The notes under the pieces: model-generated
Databases searched by the model: none
Told to the model about the DNA's origin: nothing
Seen by the model: only the letters and a program-made list of their open reading frames with translations
Source of the DNA: Gammaproteobacteria bacterium
GTDB taxonomy: Bacteria; Pseudomonadota; Gammaproteobacteria; UBA4575
Assembly (NCBI GenBank): GCA_965243395.1
Contig: CBDEUS010000002.1
Location: 608,001 to 672,000, forward strand
Length of the DNA stretch: 64,000 nt
Direction: 5' to 3'
Translations under genes and position numbers: made by a program
Shown here: positions 32,899 to 43,243 of the stretch, in pieces
Numbering within the stretch: the first letter of the stretch is position 1
Layout of the letters: each line of letters opens with the position of its first letter

Positions 32899-33681
32899 TT
32901 AGTATTGAGATTGACCTTGTTTAAGGTCTTGGCTCAATTTTTGCGGGCACTGCCAGCCTTTTTTTGAGCGACTTAATTTTGATGAAATTGCAAAAGGGAC
33001 GACTATTGTAAAGTAAAGAATATAGAGAATGAGATGCCCTATTTTTTCACCTATTTTTGAACTTTTGCGTTTAATACTATTTAAAATGCGTGCTTTTTTT
33101 GCAAAAGACAAAGCTTTTTTTACTTGCTTGGATTTGCCTTGATTTTTCCATTCAGCGAGAAATTTACCTGTATACGAAACATGATAGCGTTCATCTTTTA
33201 ATATTCTTTCAAAAATTTTAAATGTTTCAGGATCATCATGTAATAATTTATGATGTTTGCTGAATATTTTTTCAGCTTTTGCTTCAGCGACATTCAGCAT
33301 AGCAACATAAGTAATTTCACCTAATTTTTCATAATTTTCACCTGAAAAAAAGTCATGCGAATTTAACTCAGTTGAAGTTTTGATTCTTGATAAGTTATAA
33401 AGTTTATCTGGCTTTTTATAAATACTCGATGTGTTTGGTTGCAGTTTCCTTAATTTATGTGCTTGTGCGCTAAATAGATGACCATGTTCTAACTCATCTT
33501 TAGCGTGACGCTCTAAATGTTTTCGCAGCTTAGGATTGTCAACATATGGTAGCGCACTGAGTATAGATTTTCCTGCATCCATCTCTGTTTGAGCAAAGCT
33601 TTCTAAGGTTTGAATTTTCCGTTCGGGATTAGACCATGCTCTGCGGTGGCGCGCGTAAAACATTAAATTTGAAATAGTCAT
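32899..33681 (-). CDS. Ferritin-like di-iron domain protein with C-terminal SxtJ-like membrane segment
   Basis: E...DELEH / E...DERYH pairs; C-terminal ILYILYFTIVVPF. Confidence 0.7.
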   Translation of the reverse strand: MTISNLMFYARHRRAWSNPERKIQTLESFAQTEMDAGKSILSALPYVDNPKLRKHLERHAKDELEHGHLFSAQAHKLRKLQPNTSSIYKKPDKLYNLSRIKTSTELNSHDFFSGENYEKLGEITYVAMLNVAEAKAEKIFSKHHKLLHDDPETFKIFERILKDERYHVSYTGKFLAEWKNQGKSKQVKKALSFAKKARILNSIKRKSSKIGEKIGHLILYILYFTIVVPFAISSKLSRSKKGWQCPQKLSQDLKQGQSQY

Positions 33682-33715
33682 TAAGAAATTTATAGTAATT
33701 GGTTTCTATAGTTAG

Positions 33716-33744
33716 AAGACCTTGAAAATAGAATTCTTATTTCA
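33716..33744 (-). promoter_or_regulatory. Candidate ECF-sigma promoter TGAAAT-N17-GGTCTT
   Basis: 35 nt upstream of the ferritin-like start; overlaps the senB stop codon. Confidence 0.45.
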
Positions 33745-34710
33745 TATAATTTTGCTTAATAATTTTTTCATATTGTTTTTTTCTTTTGTGTATGTAAATA
33801 GGCTAGATTTGGCTTTACATGCTTTTTCAAGCTTATTTAAGAACTTGCTATCAGATTCAGCTTTCAGTAACAGCTTACGCAGGCTCTGGGTATCGCCGTA
33901 AGGATAATAACCAGGGTAATTTTTTCCTAGTAAACCAACTGATCCGGCAATATCCGAGGCAATTACCGGCATTCCTGCCACACATGCTTCTGAAATAACG
34001 TTCGCACCGCCTTCCATTTTTGAACTTAATACCATTACATCAGCATGGGCATATTGTTGACGAATTTTCCAATGAGGGACTTCGCCATACCAGTGATAAC
34101 GCTCATTGGAAGTTGCTTCTTTTTCTGCGCGCTTGGCCCAAGCCGAGGTATGGGCTTTTCCAAATTGCAGAATTCTAATCCGAGATTCATTAGGTAATTT
34201 TCGTACTGCATAAGCTGCACGTAATGGATCTTTTTCTTCTCTCAAGTGTCCTATCACACACGCATCAAAGTACTTTTTGTTTTTATTGATAGATCTTCTT
34301 ACGGAATTAGCTGATTGATAAATCACATTTACTTTTTTTCGATAAGTCTTGGGGATTGCCAAATGCGCTAAGTCATGCAGTGAAATTAATGCATCGGCAT
34401 TTTTTATAGAGCGTAGTGTGGGTTTTGGATGTGAGTGAATAAATCTGTATAAGTCAGTACCTGTTAAAGCAACAATTAGCGGTTTTTCTGGGTAATGTTT
34501 ACTAAACGTATATATTGAATTCGCACTGCGCCATGCATGCAGTGCAAGCATTAAGTCTGATTTATTACATAGATGTCGTATATCGTCCTGACTATTTTTA
34601 ACCAAAACCTTATGCCCTAGATCGGTTAATATATTTTTCCAACGCACAGCGGTAACACGATTACCTGCACGAGCACTTGGTAAAGCTGGAGTAATGAGAA
34701 GTATTTTCAT
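33742..34710 (-). CDS. senB: Selenosugar synthase SenB (TIGR04348-type glycosyltransferase)
   Basis: ITPA...GNRVTAVRW, ALHAWRS, LTGTDLY, GHLREEKDP, MEGGANV; divergent from senA. Confidence 0.9.
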   Translation of the reverse strand: MKILLITPALPSARAGNRVTAVRWKNILTDLGHKVLVKNSQDDIRHLCNKSDLMLALHAWRSANSIYTFSKHYPEKPLIVALTGTDLYRFIHSHPKPTLRSIKNADALISLHDLAHLAIPKTYRKKVNVIYQSANSVRRSINKNKKYFDACVIGHLREEKDPLRAAYAVRKLPNESRIRILQFGKAHTSAWAKRAEKEATSNERYHWYGEVPHWKIRQQYAHADVMVLSSKMEGGANVISEACVAGMPVIASDIAGSVGLLGKNYPGYYPYGDTQSLRKLLLKAESDSKFLNKLEKACKAKSSLFTYTKEKNNMKKLLSKII

Positions 34711-34777
34711 AGATGTAAAATAGTTAGCACTATTGTAAGGTTATAAAAATCGTATAATTTAAACTTCACTACTTGTA

Positions 34778-36097
34778 ATGAATTATAACAGCGCTACCGC
34801 CGAGAGTATTTCCTCTGCGCTATTAGATGCACGCTCCAGGACCTTGGATTTAGTTTCCGGGCTAAGTGATGAACAGCTTATGGGCAAAATTTTGCCTACG
34901 ATCAACCCATTAAGATGGGAGATAGCTCATGCCGCTTATTTCCATGAAATTTGGGTATTACGTCATTTGGGCAAGCAAGCTGCTGTACGTGATGATGCAG
35001 ACGCACTATTTGATTCCATCGGTATTCAACATGATGATCGCTGGAGTTTGCCATTACCCAGTTTGCAAGACACTTTCGAATACATGAATAATGTATTAAT
35101 GCACGAGTTGGAATTGTTGAGAAATATCGAACTGAATAATTATGCTAAGTATTTTTATTTATTAGCTCTATTCCATGAGGACATGCATAACGAAGCATTT
35201 ATTTATACACGCCAAACGCTTTCTTACCCCAGACCAAATTTTGTTGAAGAAGATAATTTAAGTAATGATGTTAAAGAAAATAATGCAACAATAAACTACG
35301 AAGATATCCCAATCCCTGGTGGAAGATTTACATTGGGTGCTGAGCGTAACGAAGAATTCATTTTTGATAATGAAAAATGGCAGCACGAAGTGGAGGTGGC
35401 ACCGTTCAAGATTGCTAAATACGCAGTAAGCAACGAGCAGTATTTGGAATTTGTAGAAGCAAATGGTTATTTACAAGAGAAGTATTGGAATGAGCAGAGT
35501 TGGCAGTGGCGTCAGAAAAGCAATCTACTGCATCCCATATATTGGAAAAAAGATACAGATAGAAGGTGGTACGTAAGGAAATTTGATCATTGGCAGCCTA
35601 TACATTTAAATCATGCTGTCATACACGTCAGTTGGCATGAGGCTCAAGCATTTTGCAAATGGGCTCAGCGTCGTTTACCGACTGAACAGGAATGGGAATT
35701 TGCTGCAGCATGTAATCCTAGTTCAACAAAGAATAATTATTTTCATAAAAATTTATATCCATGCGGAGATGAACTTAATTCCACGCATATGAATTTAGAT
35801 TGTCAGCATTCAGGTACGATTGATATAACAGATTATGCTGAAAGTGATAGTGCCTTTGGATGTAGGCAAATGTTTGGCAATGTTTGGGAATGGACTACAT
35901 CCACGTTTAATCCTTATCCAGGTTTTTCACCGGATTGGTATACAGAATATTCTCGTCCTTTGTTTGGTGAAACCAAAGTATTACGTGGTGGAGCATGGAC
36001 AACAAGAAGTCGAATGATGCGTAATACACTCCGTAATTATTATGGGCCTGATCGAAATGACGTATTTGCAGGTTTTCGTACCTGTGCACTGAATTAA
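34778..36097 (+). CDS. senA: Selenoneine synthase SenA (EgtB-like DinB + FGE-sulfatase)
   Basis: INPLRWEIAH, HEDMHNE iron motif, FDNEK, GNVWEW, FAGFRTC; adjacent to senB. Confidence 0.88.
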   Translation: MNYNSATAESISSALLDARSRTLDLVSGLSDEQLMGKILPTINPLRWEIAHAAYFHEIWVLRHLGKQAAVRDDADALFDSIGIQHDDRWSLPLPSLQDTFEYMNNVLMHELELLRNIELNNYAKYFYLLALFHEDMHNEAFIYTRQTLSYPRPNFVEEDNLSNDVKENNATINYEDIPIPGGRFTLGAERNEEFIFDNEKWQHEVEVAPFKIAKYAVSNEQYLEFVEANGYLQEKYWNEQSWQWRQKSNLLHPIYWKKDTDRRWYVRKFDHWQPIHLNHAVIHVSWHEAQAFCKWAQRRLPTEQEWEFAAACNPSSTKNNYFHKNLYPCGDELNSTHMNLDCQHSGTIDITDYAESDSAFGCRQMFGNVWEWTTSTFNPYPGFSPDWYTEYSRPLFGETKVLRGGAWTTRSRMMRNTLRNYYGPDRNDVFAGFRTCALN

Positions 36098-36121
36098 ACA
36101 CTCTACAAAAGTAAATAGTTA

Positions 36122-36919
36122 ATGAAATGGTGGGGTAAATTACTCGGCGGCGCGTTGGGTTACGCGTTGGGAGATTTTATTGGTTTGATCATTGGTGCGA
36201 TATTAGGACACCAGCTTGATCGAAGAAATAATTCTTTAAGTGGTATTAGATTTGATCGAGGATCTCAAGAGCGCACTCAAGCTGCATTTTTTAATGCAAC
36301 ATTTTCTGTATTAGGTCATATCTCAAAAGCGGATGGAAGAGTCTCTCCAGAAGAAATTCAGCTAGCAGAACAAGTTATGCAACAGATGCGCTTAAGTAAA
36401 GAACAGCGTTCGGCAGCCATAGATTTGTTTAATCAAGGCAAGCAAGCCGATTTTAATTTGGATGAAGCGTTAGTTGAATTCCGTGATAGATGTAAAGGTA
36501 AAATTGCATTGATACAGATGTTTGTTGAAATCCAATTACAAGCGGCTTATGCAGATGGCACTAAAAATAGCGGTGAAGAAAAAGTCTTAAAACATATTTG
36601 TAGGGTATTAGGCTACCCTGAAGCACTTCTAGCGCAGCTTGAGTCTATGTTATTTGCAAGTAGGCGTAGCCGTCAGTCTTATGGGTCAAGTCAAGCCTAT
36701 ACATCTTCATCTGCGTTGGAGGATGCATATAAGATTATTGGTGTAGATAAATCTGCCAGTGATGCTGAAGTAAAAAAAGCTTATCGTAGGCTAATGAGTC
36801 AAAATCATCCTGATAAGTTGATTGCTAAAGGGCTGCCTGAAGAAATGATCGAGATTGCCACGAATAAAACACAAGAAATTCAAAAAGCTTATGACTTGAT
36901 ATCAGAAAGTAGAAGTTAG
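36122..36919 (+). CDS. djlA: Co-chaperone DjlA
   Basis: MKWWGKLLGG TM, KADGRV TerB-like domain, J-domain HPDK. Confidence 0.95.
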   Translation: MKWWGKLLGGALGYALGDFIGLIIGAILGHQLDRRNNSLSGIRFDRGSQERTQAAFFNATFSVLGHISKADGRVSPEEIQLAEQVMQQMRLSKEQRSAAIDLFNQGKQADFNLDEALVEFRDRCKGKIALIQMFVEIQLQAAYADGTKNSGEEKVLKHICRVLGYPEALLAQLESMLFASRRSRQSYGSSQAYTSSSALEDAYKIIGVDKSASDAEVKKAYRRLMSQNHPDKLIAKGLPEEMIEIATNKTQEIQKAYDLISESRS

Positions 36920-37139
36920 TCTGTTAATAAAGATTATTCTAAGAAAGATTTTAATTTTTCTGATCTTGATCTGTCGTTCGGATAGTTGTAGTAGACAACT
37001 AGGCAATTACCTTGTAAAAGTTGTCGGTTATCAAAATGTTCACAATGCAAAGCGTGGTATTATTTCTTAATTAGACTAAACAATCCCACCGTAGCACCAC
37101 ATAAGTGTGTAAACCTGCCTTTATTGAAGGGGCTTATAA

Positions 37140-37964
37140 ATGAACATTTCGGAATATTTTCCTAAAGAAGAATTTGCGCAACGTTGTGTATTTGTAACGG
37201 GTGGCGGTAGTGGTATCAATCTAGGAATTGCAAAGTGCTATGCGGCTGTTGGTGCAAAAGTTGCGATATGCGGTCGCGATGAAAATAAACTTGATCATGC
37301 AAAAAATGAACTAGAGGAATTAGGCGCTAAAACACATGCTGTTGTAGCTGATGTTAGAGATTTTGATGCCATGCAAGATGCTTGTGATGAAATCCAAATT
37401 GCGCTCGGGAAAATTTCAGATTTAGTGTGCGGTGCTGCAGGTAATTTTCTTTGTCCCGCGAATGAAATGAGTGCTAATGCATTTCGCACAGTAGTAGACA
37501 TTGATTTAATGGGTAGTTTTAATGCAAGTCGCGCTGCATTTGAACAACTTAAAGAAACAAAAGGAAGCGTATTAATGGTCTCTGCAGGGCAGGCCTATAT
37601 GCCTTATTCATATCAAGTGCATGCAGGTGCGGCTAAAGCAGGTGTAGAAATGTTGGCAAAAAATTTAGCACTTGAATGGGGGCAATTTGGGATAAGAGTG
37701 AATAGTGTTGTCCCAGGGCCTATTGAGGATACTGAAGGAGTTAAGCGGCTCACAAATGAAACGCAAAAACAAATGTTGTTGCAATCCATTCCATTAAAGC
37801 GTCTGGGTCAGGCTGAAGAAATTGGTCAGGTTGCAGTGTTTTTATCTTCTAAAATGGCGGCCTATATTACCGGCACACAAGTGGTTTGCGATGGAGGAAT
37901 GAACTTAGCTGGTTCAGCATTGTTTAACATGGCAGTTGACCAGGGAGGAAAAACGAACCGCTAA
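37140..37964 (+). CDS. SDR oxidoreductase (2,4-dienoyl-CoA reductase-like)
   Basis: TGGGSGIN, GAAGNF, VPGPI. Confidence 0.88.
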   Translation: MNISEYFPKEEFAQRCVFVTGGGSGINLGIAKCYAAVGAKVAICGRDENKLDHAKNELEELGAKTHAVVADVRDFDAMQDACDEIQIALGKISDLVCGAAGNFLCPANEMSANAFRTVVDIDLMGSFNASRAAFEQLKETKGSVLMVSAGQAYMPYSYQVHAGAAKAGVEMLAKNLALEWGQFGIRVNSVVPGPIEDTEGVKRLTNETQKQMLLQSIPLKRLGQAEEIGQVAVFLSSKMAAYITGTQVVCDGGMNLAGSALFNMAVDQGGKTNR

Positions 37965-37978
37965 ATTGTTTTTTGTTT

Positions 37979-39022
37979 TCACTTAACTGAGTCGGGATGA
38001 TACTCCGTTTCAAACATGGCCCATACCGCTAAAAAGAATGCAGCAATTATAGGTCCAATTACAAAACCCGATAAACCAAAGAGACCCAATCCACCTAGAG
38101 TACTCAATAGTATTAAGTAGTCAGGCATTTTAGTATCACGACCCACTAAAATAGGGCGTAAGACATTATCAATCATGCCAATAATCAATGCGCCGACCAC
38201 TAATAAGATTACACCTTTGATAATTTCCCCGTTTGCAAAAAATATAATTGCGGCAGGTCCCCATACTAAAGCTGATCCTACAGCGGGTAAAATCGATAAG
38301 CCGATCATTACCACACCCCAAAATACAGCAGATTCTATACCAAGGAGGGCGAACATAATTCCACCCAAGGTTCCCTGGATAATACCAACCACTAAAGTAC
38401 CTTTAACCGTAGCTCTAGAAACTTCGGCAAACTTAGATAGTAAGTGGCGCTCTGCGTCATCGCCTATAGGCAGTACTCGTATGATAAGTTCGACTAAATT
38501 TTTGCCATCACGCAGAAAGAAAAATAATAAGTACAGCATTAAAAAAAATAGTATTGTAAAAGTTACTGCGTTTTGACCAATATTGAGTAAATTTGTCGCG
38601 ACCCACTGACTTGTATTTAATGCGGTATCTGAAAATCCTTCTTTGAGTTTTTCAAAATCAATTCCAACTTTACCGAGTAAATCACTCACTACGGGTAAAC
38701 TACTTTGTACCCATGCAATGGGTTTAGAAAAATCATAAACCCCATCACGAATATCGCTATATAGGTCAGCGCCTTCATTAACAACAGCTATAGAAAGTGT
38801 AGTTGCAGGTACTACTACTGTAATCAAGATCAATAACAGAGTTAACAATGCACTTATATTATTTCTATTCTTAAGTTTTTTTAGAATGAATTTGTGTAAT
38901 GGTGCAAAAATGATTGCAAAAGTTATTGCCCATAGAATCGGCTCAAAAAATGGTTTAAGAATAAAAATAAAGGCTAGTGTTGCAGCTACTAAGAGCGTGA
39001 AAAAGAAGATGTGCTTAATCAA
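37979..39022 (-). CDS. AI-2E family transporter
   Basis: DNVLRPILVG, STLGGL..FG..GFVIGP. Confidence 0.92.
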   Translation of the reverse strand: MIKHIFFFTLLVAATLAFIFILKPFFEPILWAITFAIIFAPLHKFILKKLKNRNNISALLTLLLILITVVVPATTLSIAVVNEGADLYSDIRDGVYDFSKPIAWVQSSLPVVSDLLGKVGIDFEKLKEGFSDTALNTSQWVATNLLNIGQNAVTFTILFFLMLYLLFFFLRDGKNLVELIIRVLPIGDDAERHLLSKFAEVSRATVKGTLVVGIIQGTLGGIMFALLGIESAVFWGVVMIGLSILPAVGSALVWGPAAIIFFANGEIIKGVILLVVGALIIGMIDNVLRPILVGRDTKMPDYLILLSTLGGLGLFGLSGFVIGPIIAAFFLAVWAMFETEYHPDSVK

Positions 39023-39033
39023 AATAGAAACTT

Positions 39034-42000
39034 TTATATCGTTGCGTTTTCAGTTTGACTATAGTTTGTTTGCTTGCCACCTAATTGTAGCAGACTAGGT
39101 AGTAAGATCAGTGTAAATGCAGTGCTTACCAGCATTCCTCCAACAATGACGCCGGCTAGCCCTTTATATAATTCAGTTCCTGCCCCTGGAATGACCAATA
39201 GAGGTAACATACCAAAAATACTGGTTAGAGTGCTCATGAGAATAGGTCGTAGACGTATGCGTACAGATTCTCTTACTGCATCATGACGCGATTTACCTTC
39301 ACGCTCCGCCACACGCGCTTGATGGACCAATAAGATAGCATTGTTTACAACCAGTCCCAATAAAATTATGAAACCAAGCATGGTTAATAAATCTGCCGGT
39401 AATTTTAAAATTTGTAACATTAGAACACCGCCAACGGTAGCCAATGGTAAAGCTAAAATAACAAGCAGACTATCTGTAAAGGATCGAAATAACGCACTGA
39501 TTAAGAGATACAGAATGACCACTGCAAGAATAAAACTACTCGTAAAACTTTTTATAGCAGTTTCTAATTTATCCGCAGATCCACTAAGACGAATTTCTCC
39601 ATCCTCCGGTAATTGCGATTCCATCAAAGGCACAATTTCTTGTTGAATTTTTTCTATAGCAATTTCCAAAGGCATATCTTCTGGAGGGCGCACTTCCAAG
39701 GTTACGGTTCGTCTTCGATCTAGGCGACGAATTCGGTCGGGGCCTGCAGTGCGTTTAATTTCTACTAATTCACTCACAGGTAGTACACCCCCATTAGGCG
39801 TGTACATTGGAATTGCGGCGAGTTCTTCCGGAGTCTCCCAAGGTTGTACTCGAGTGATAATGTCTAGTTTTTCTTCACCATTAAAATATTCGCCTACAAA
39901 TAAACCTTGTCCTAATAAGCGCGTTACATTCGCCATAGTTTCGCGATCCCAACCTGCTTCAATCAGACGATTCTCATTGGGTAAAAGCTGTAATTCGGGT
40001 TCAGCTAATTGAAGTCCTGGTCTTGGTCGTGCGCGTACACCTTCAAATACTGTTGGAATTTTGAAAAATCCAATTCGCGCCGCGCGCAATAAGCTATCAA
40101 TATTACTGCCTTGAATATTAATATCGATTTCTGTGCGTCCACCTACACCACTAAACAAAGAAGCTTTTTGTACAACTGCAAAGGTATCCGGGAACCCACG
40201 AATGGAATTATTTACAACCTCAAGTGTTGCATCTACGTCTTTTTTGTTCGCATTTTCTGCACGTGCACCTAAAAACATAGAATTAGGGTTCGCAACGAAA
40301 AAGTAATGTTTTAATTTTGGTTCTTTAGTTCCATCAATATAGGGTTGCATTCGTTTAGCGATAATATTACCCATTTCTTTTTCGATATGGTCAGTATTTA
40401 CACCAGGCGGAGGTATGACAATGCCAAATACTAAATTGCGGTTTCCAGAGGGTAGATAATCAGTTTTTGGGGCAGCTAAAAATGTCAACAATACTGAAAC
40501 TGTAACTAACCCAAAAATCCAAAAATATCGTTTTGTAGGTGTCGAGGTAATTGCCATAATAGAATTCGTGGCTTTGTCCCACCATGGCTCATGTTCATCT
40601 TTTAAATCTAGATCGCTAGTAAATTTATACATTGCAGTTGGAATGATGAGACTAGCCACAATAAGTGAAGCCGCTATTGCAGCAGAAATAGCGATGGCTA
40701 AGTCAGAAAATAATTGACCGCTTTGATCTTTTAAAAAGATTATTGGTAGAAATATTGCAACCGTAGTTAGTGTTGATGCTAAAAGTGCTGGCCACACCTG
40801 TCGTGTACCATCAATTGCTGCTTGATAAGCCGATGCACCTCGTTCTCGCAAACGCACAATATTTTCCAAAACGATTATCGCAGCGTCCATCACCATTCCC
40901 ACCGCAAAAGCCATGCCTGCAAGCGAGATAACATTCATGGTGCGGCCAGCAACATTCATCATCATGAATGTTGTAAATAAGCATAAAGGAATTGTAATAG
41001 TTATTATTAAAGTTGCTCGAAGCTTTCTTAGAAACCACCATAAAATTCCTACCGCGAGTAAAATTCCCAGTGCCAAGTTATTTCGAAGCAGCTCAATAGC
41101 ACTTTCGATGTATACTGTCTCATCGTAAACTTGTTCAATGTTTAAATTGGCGCGTTTAAAAGGGCCTTGTTCAATTTCTTTTACTGCGATACGTAAATCA
41201 CTCATGGTTTCCAATACGTTCACGCCAGTTTCCCGATAAGCATTTACAGCAATAGATTGACTACCTTTTGTGATTACAAAGTTATTGCGGTCTACTGTAC
41301 GTACTTCAACATCAGCAATATCACGTAAGGCAATTGGTTTACCGTCGCGCCATTCGAGTATGAGTTCGCTAAGCTCTTTGGGACTTAATGCTCCTGTGTA
41401 ACGCAAAGTGTAACGACGCTTACCAACATCCGCGGTTCCACCTGAGACATCTTCATTTCCTCCTGCAAGACGAGCAGCTTTGGGTAATTCAATATTTAAA
41501 CCGGCTGCTTTGTAAGGGTCTACAGTAATGCGTACTTCATACTCATTTCCACCCCGTACTTCAGATAATGCAACTCCAGACACACGTTCGAAACGAGTTT
41601 GCACAACTTCTTCAACAAAATCACGATAGGTTTCGATCGCGCGTGGATTATCTTCATTTGGTTTGATAATAAACCACGCAATCGGACGGCCACGTCCCCC
41701 TGCGGTACTTAGAACGGGCTCGTCGGCATCTTCAGGATAAGTTGGTACTCGATTTAAACGATTAATTACTTCAATTAAGGCGCGATTTAAATCGTAGTCC
41801 ACTTCAAAAGTAATGGTAATCTTGCCATGACCTCTGCTCGCTTCAGAAAGTAACTCTTTCATGCCTGGTAGACCACGTAATTGTTTTTCTTGTGGCTCTA
41901 TAATTTCTGATTCAACTTCTTCTGGTGCAGCGGCACGCCAATCTGTTTTGATGACGATTTCAGGTTGTTCGACTTCTGGAGTGAGCTGGATGGGTAAGCT

Positions 42001-42090
42001 AAAGACAGCAAGTACACCAAAAATTAAGACAAGTAGGCATGCAACTAATGTTGCTACAGGATTACTAAGTGCAAGTTTGAGTAAGCTCAT
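39034..42090 (-). CDS. RND efflux permease (AcrB/D/F family)
   Basis: GMVMDAAIIVLENI, GLVVNNAILL, RLRPILMSTLT. Confidence 0.95.
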   Translation of the reverse strand: MSLLKLALSNPVATLVACLLVLIFGVLAVFSLPIQLTPEVEQPEIVIKTDWRAAAPEEVESEIIEPQEKQLRGLPGMKELLSEASRGHGKITITFEVDYDLNRALIEVINRLNRVPTYPEDADEPVLSTAGGRGRPIAWFIIKPNEDNPRAIETYRDFVEEVVQTRFERVSGVALSEVRGGNEYEVRITVDPYKAAGLNIELPKAARLAGGNEDVSGGTADVGKRRYTLRYTGALSPKELSELILEWRDGKPIALRDIADVEVRTVDRNNFVITKGSQSIAVNAYRETGVNVLETMSDLRIAVKEIEQGPFKRANLNIEQVYDETVYIESAIELLRNNLALGILLAVGILWWFLRKLRATLIITITIPLCLFTTFMMMNVAGRTMNVISLAGMAFAVGMVMDAAIIVLENIVRLRERGASAYQAAIDGTRQVWPALLASTLTTVAIFLPIIFLKDQSGQLFSDLAIAISAAIAASLIVASLIIPTAMYKFTSDLDLKDEHEPWWDKATNSIMAITSTPTKRYFWIFGLVTVSVLLTFLAAPKTDYLPSGNRNLVFGIVIPPPGVNTDHIEKEMGNIIAKRMQPYIDGTKEPKLKHYFFVANPNSMFLGARAENANKKDVDATLEVVNNSIRGFPDTFAVVQKASLFSGVGGRTEIDINIQGSNIDSLLRAARIGFFKIPTVFEGVRARPRPGLQLAEPELQLLPNENRLIEAGWDRETMANVTRLLGQGLFVGEYFNGEEKLDIITRVQPWETPEELAAIPMYTPNGGVLPVSELVEIKRTAGPDRIRRLDRRRTVTLEVRPPEDMPLEIAIEKIQQEIVPLMESQLPEDGEIRLSGSADKLETAIKSFTSSFILAVVILYLLISALFRSFTDSLLVILALPLATVGGVLMLQILKLPADLLTMLGFIILLGLVVNNAILLVHQARVAEREGKSRHDAVRESVRIRLRPILMSTLTSIFGMLPLLVIPGAGTELYKGLAGVIVGGMLVSTAFTLILLPSLLQLGGKQTNYSQTENATI

Positions 42091-43142
42091 GAATCCGCTT
42101 GCAGCGGTTTGATAGTGACTTGCATACCAGGTTGTAGGTTTTCACCACCCCGTGTTACGACTTTATCACCTGCTTGGATGTTGCCGATGATTTCAATAAG
42201 ATCGTTTTCAGCAATACCTATGTCAATATTGATTCTTTCCGCAATAGATTCAGAGTTTATGCGAAATATATAAGTTCCTTCGCGACGCAAAATCAATGCG
42301 TCACGTGGTACTAAAATTGTTTCACGTTCGTGCGCAGTAGGTATTGCAATTCGTAATAAATTACCAGCACTCAAGTTTTCATTTGAAGTATCAACACGTA
42401 TTTCATATAAACGTGATACATCTCCTCCAACAGGAACTATTGCTCGAACTTTTCCTTCACCGACAGATTTACCATGATTGTATTTTAAAGGTGTTCCGAT
42501 GGTTACAAACTGCAACGCACTTGCAGGAATATGGGTTTGAATTTCAAGATTGCTGGAACTTACAAACCTTACAATGGTATCTCCATCATTTGCCCATTCC
42601 CCTGATTGTAATAATCGTTCAGAGATCACGCCATCAAAAGGTGCAGTAACATTAGTTCGTCGCAAACGCTCTTCCGCTTGTACCAAGCGAGCACGCGCAG
42701 AAGCCATATTGCTTTTAGCTACAGCTTGATCGGATATAGCTTGATCAAGTTGATTACGCGCAACATTATTATTAGCCAGTAATTTAGTAAATCGTTTTAC
42801 TTCTTTAGAATGTAAATCGTATTTCGCTTTTTCACTCTGAATAATTGCTTTTTCTTCGATGACTTGCTGTTTAATAAATACATCATCTAATTTGACAACA
42901 GATTCGCCTGCTTGAATACGATCACCCACATCGGCTACCCAGGTAATGCGTCCAGCAAGCTCGGCAGATAAGTTTGCATCGTCACGACTGATTACAGTCG
43001 CAGAATAAAGTGCAGTAGGCGCAATAGTTTTTTGTACAGCTTGATCGACTACAACAATAGCGGGAGGAGGGCCTTTTCGTTCTTCAGCATGACTGAATGA
43101 CACGAAGATAAGGGGGATTACAACTAAGAATAAGCGATTCAT
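42087..43142 (-). CDS. RND periplasmic adaptor (membrane fusion protein)
   Basis: APFDGVI, GDKVVTRG..NL.PG; overlaps the permease start. Confidence 0.93.
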   Translation of the reverse strand: MNRLFLVVIPLIFVSFSHAEERKGPPPAIVVVDQAVQKTIAPTALYSATVISRDDANLSAELAGRITWVADVGDRIQAGESVVKLDDVFIKQQVIEEKAIIQSEKAKYDLHSKEVKRFTKLLANNNVARNQLDQAISDQAVAKSNMASARARLVQAEERLRRTNVTAPFDGVISERLLQSGEWANDGDTIVRFVSSSNLEIQTHIPASALQFVTIGTPLKYNHGKSVGEGKVRAIVPVGGDVSRLYEIRVDTSNENLSAGNLLRIAIPTAHERETILVPRDALILRREGTYIFRINSESIAERINIDIGIAENDLIEIIGNIQAGDKVVTRGGENLQPGMQVTIKPLQADS

Positions 43143-43243
43143 AAGCTAGATTGTATATGAAGAATTTCTCTTATTTCATAGTCTCTAAAGAATATTTTTA
43201 CTCTCTAGAATGCAATATAAAAAGTAGGGATTATTACTTTAGG

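Noticed and set aside
36960-36973. CTGAT-CTTG-ATCTG FNR-like site upstream of the SDR gene
   Set aside because: No convincing -10 at class II spacing and it lies outside the island; may be chance
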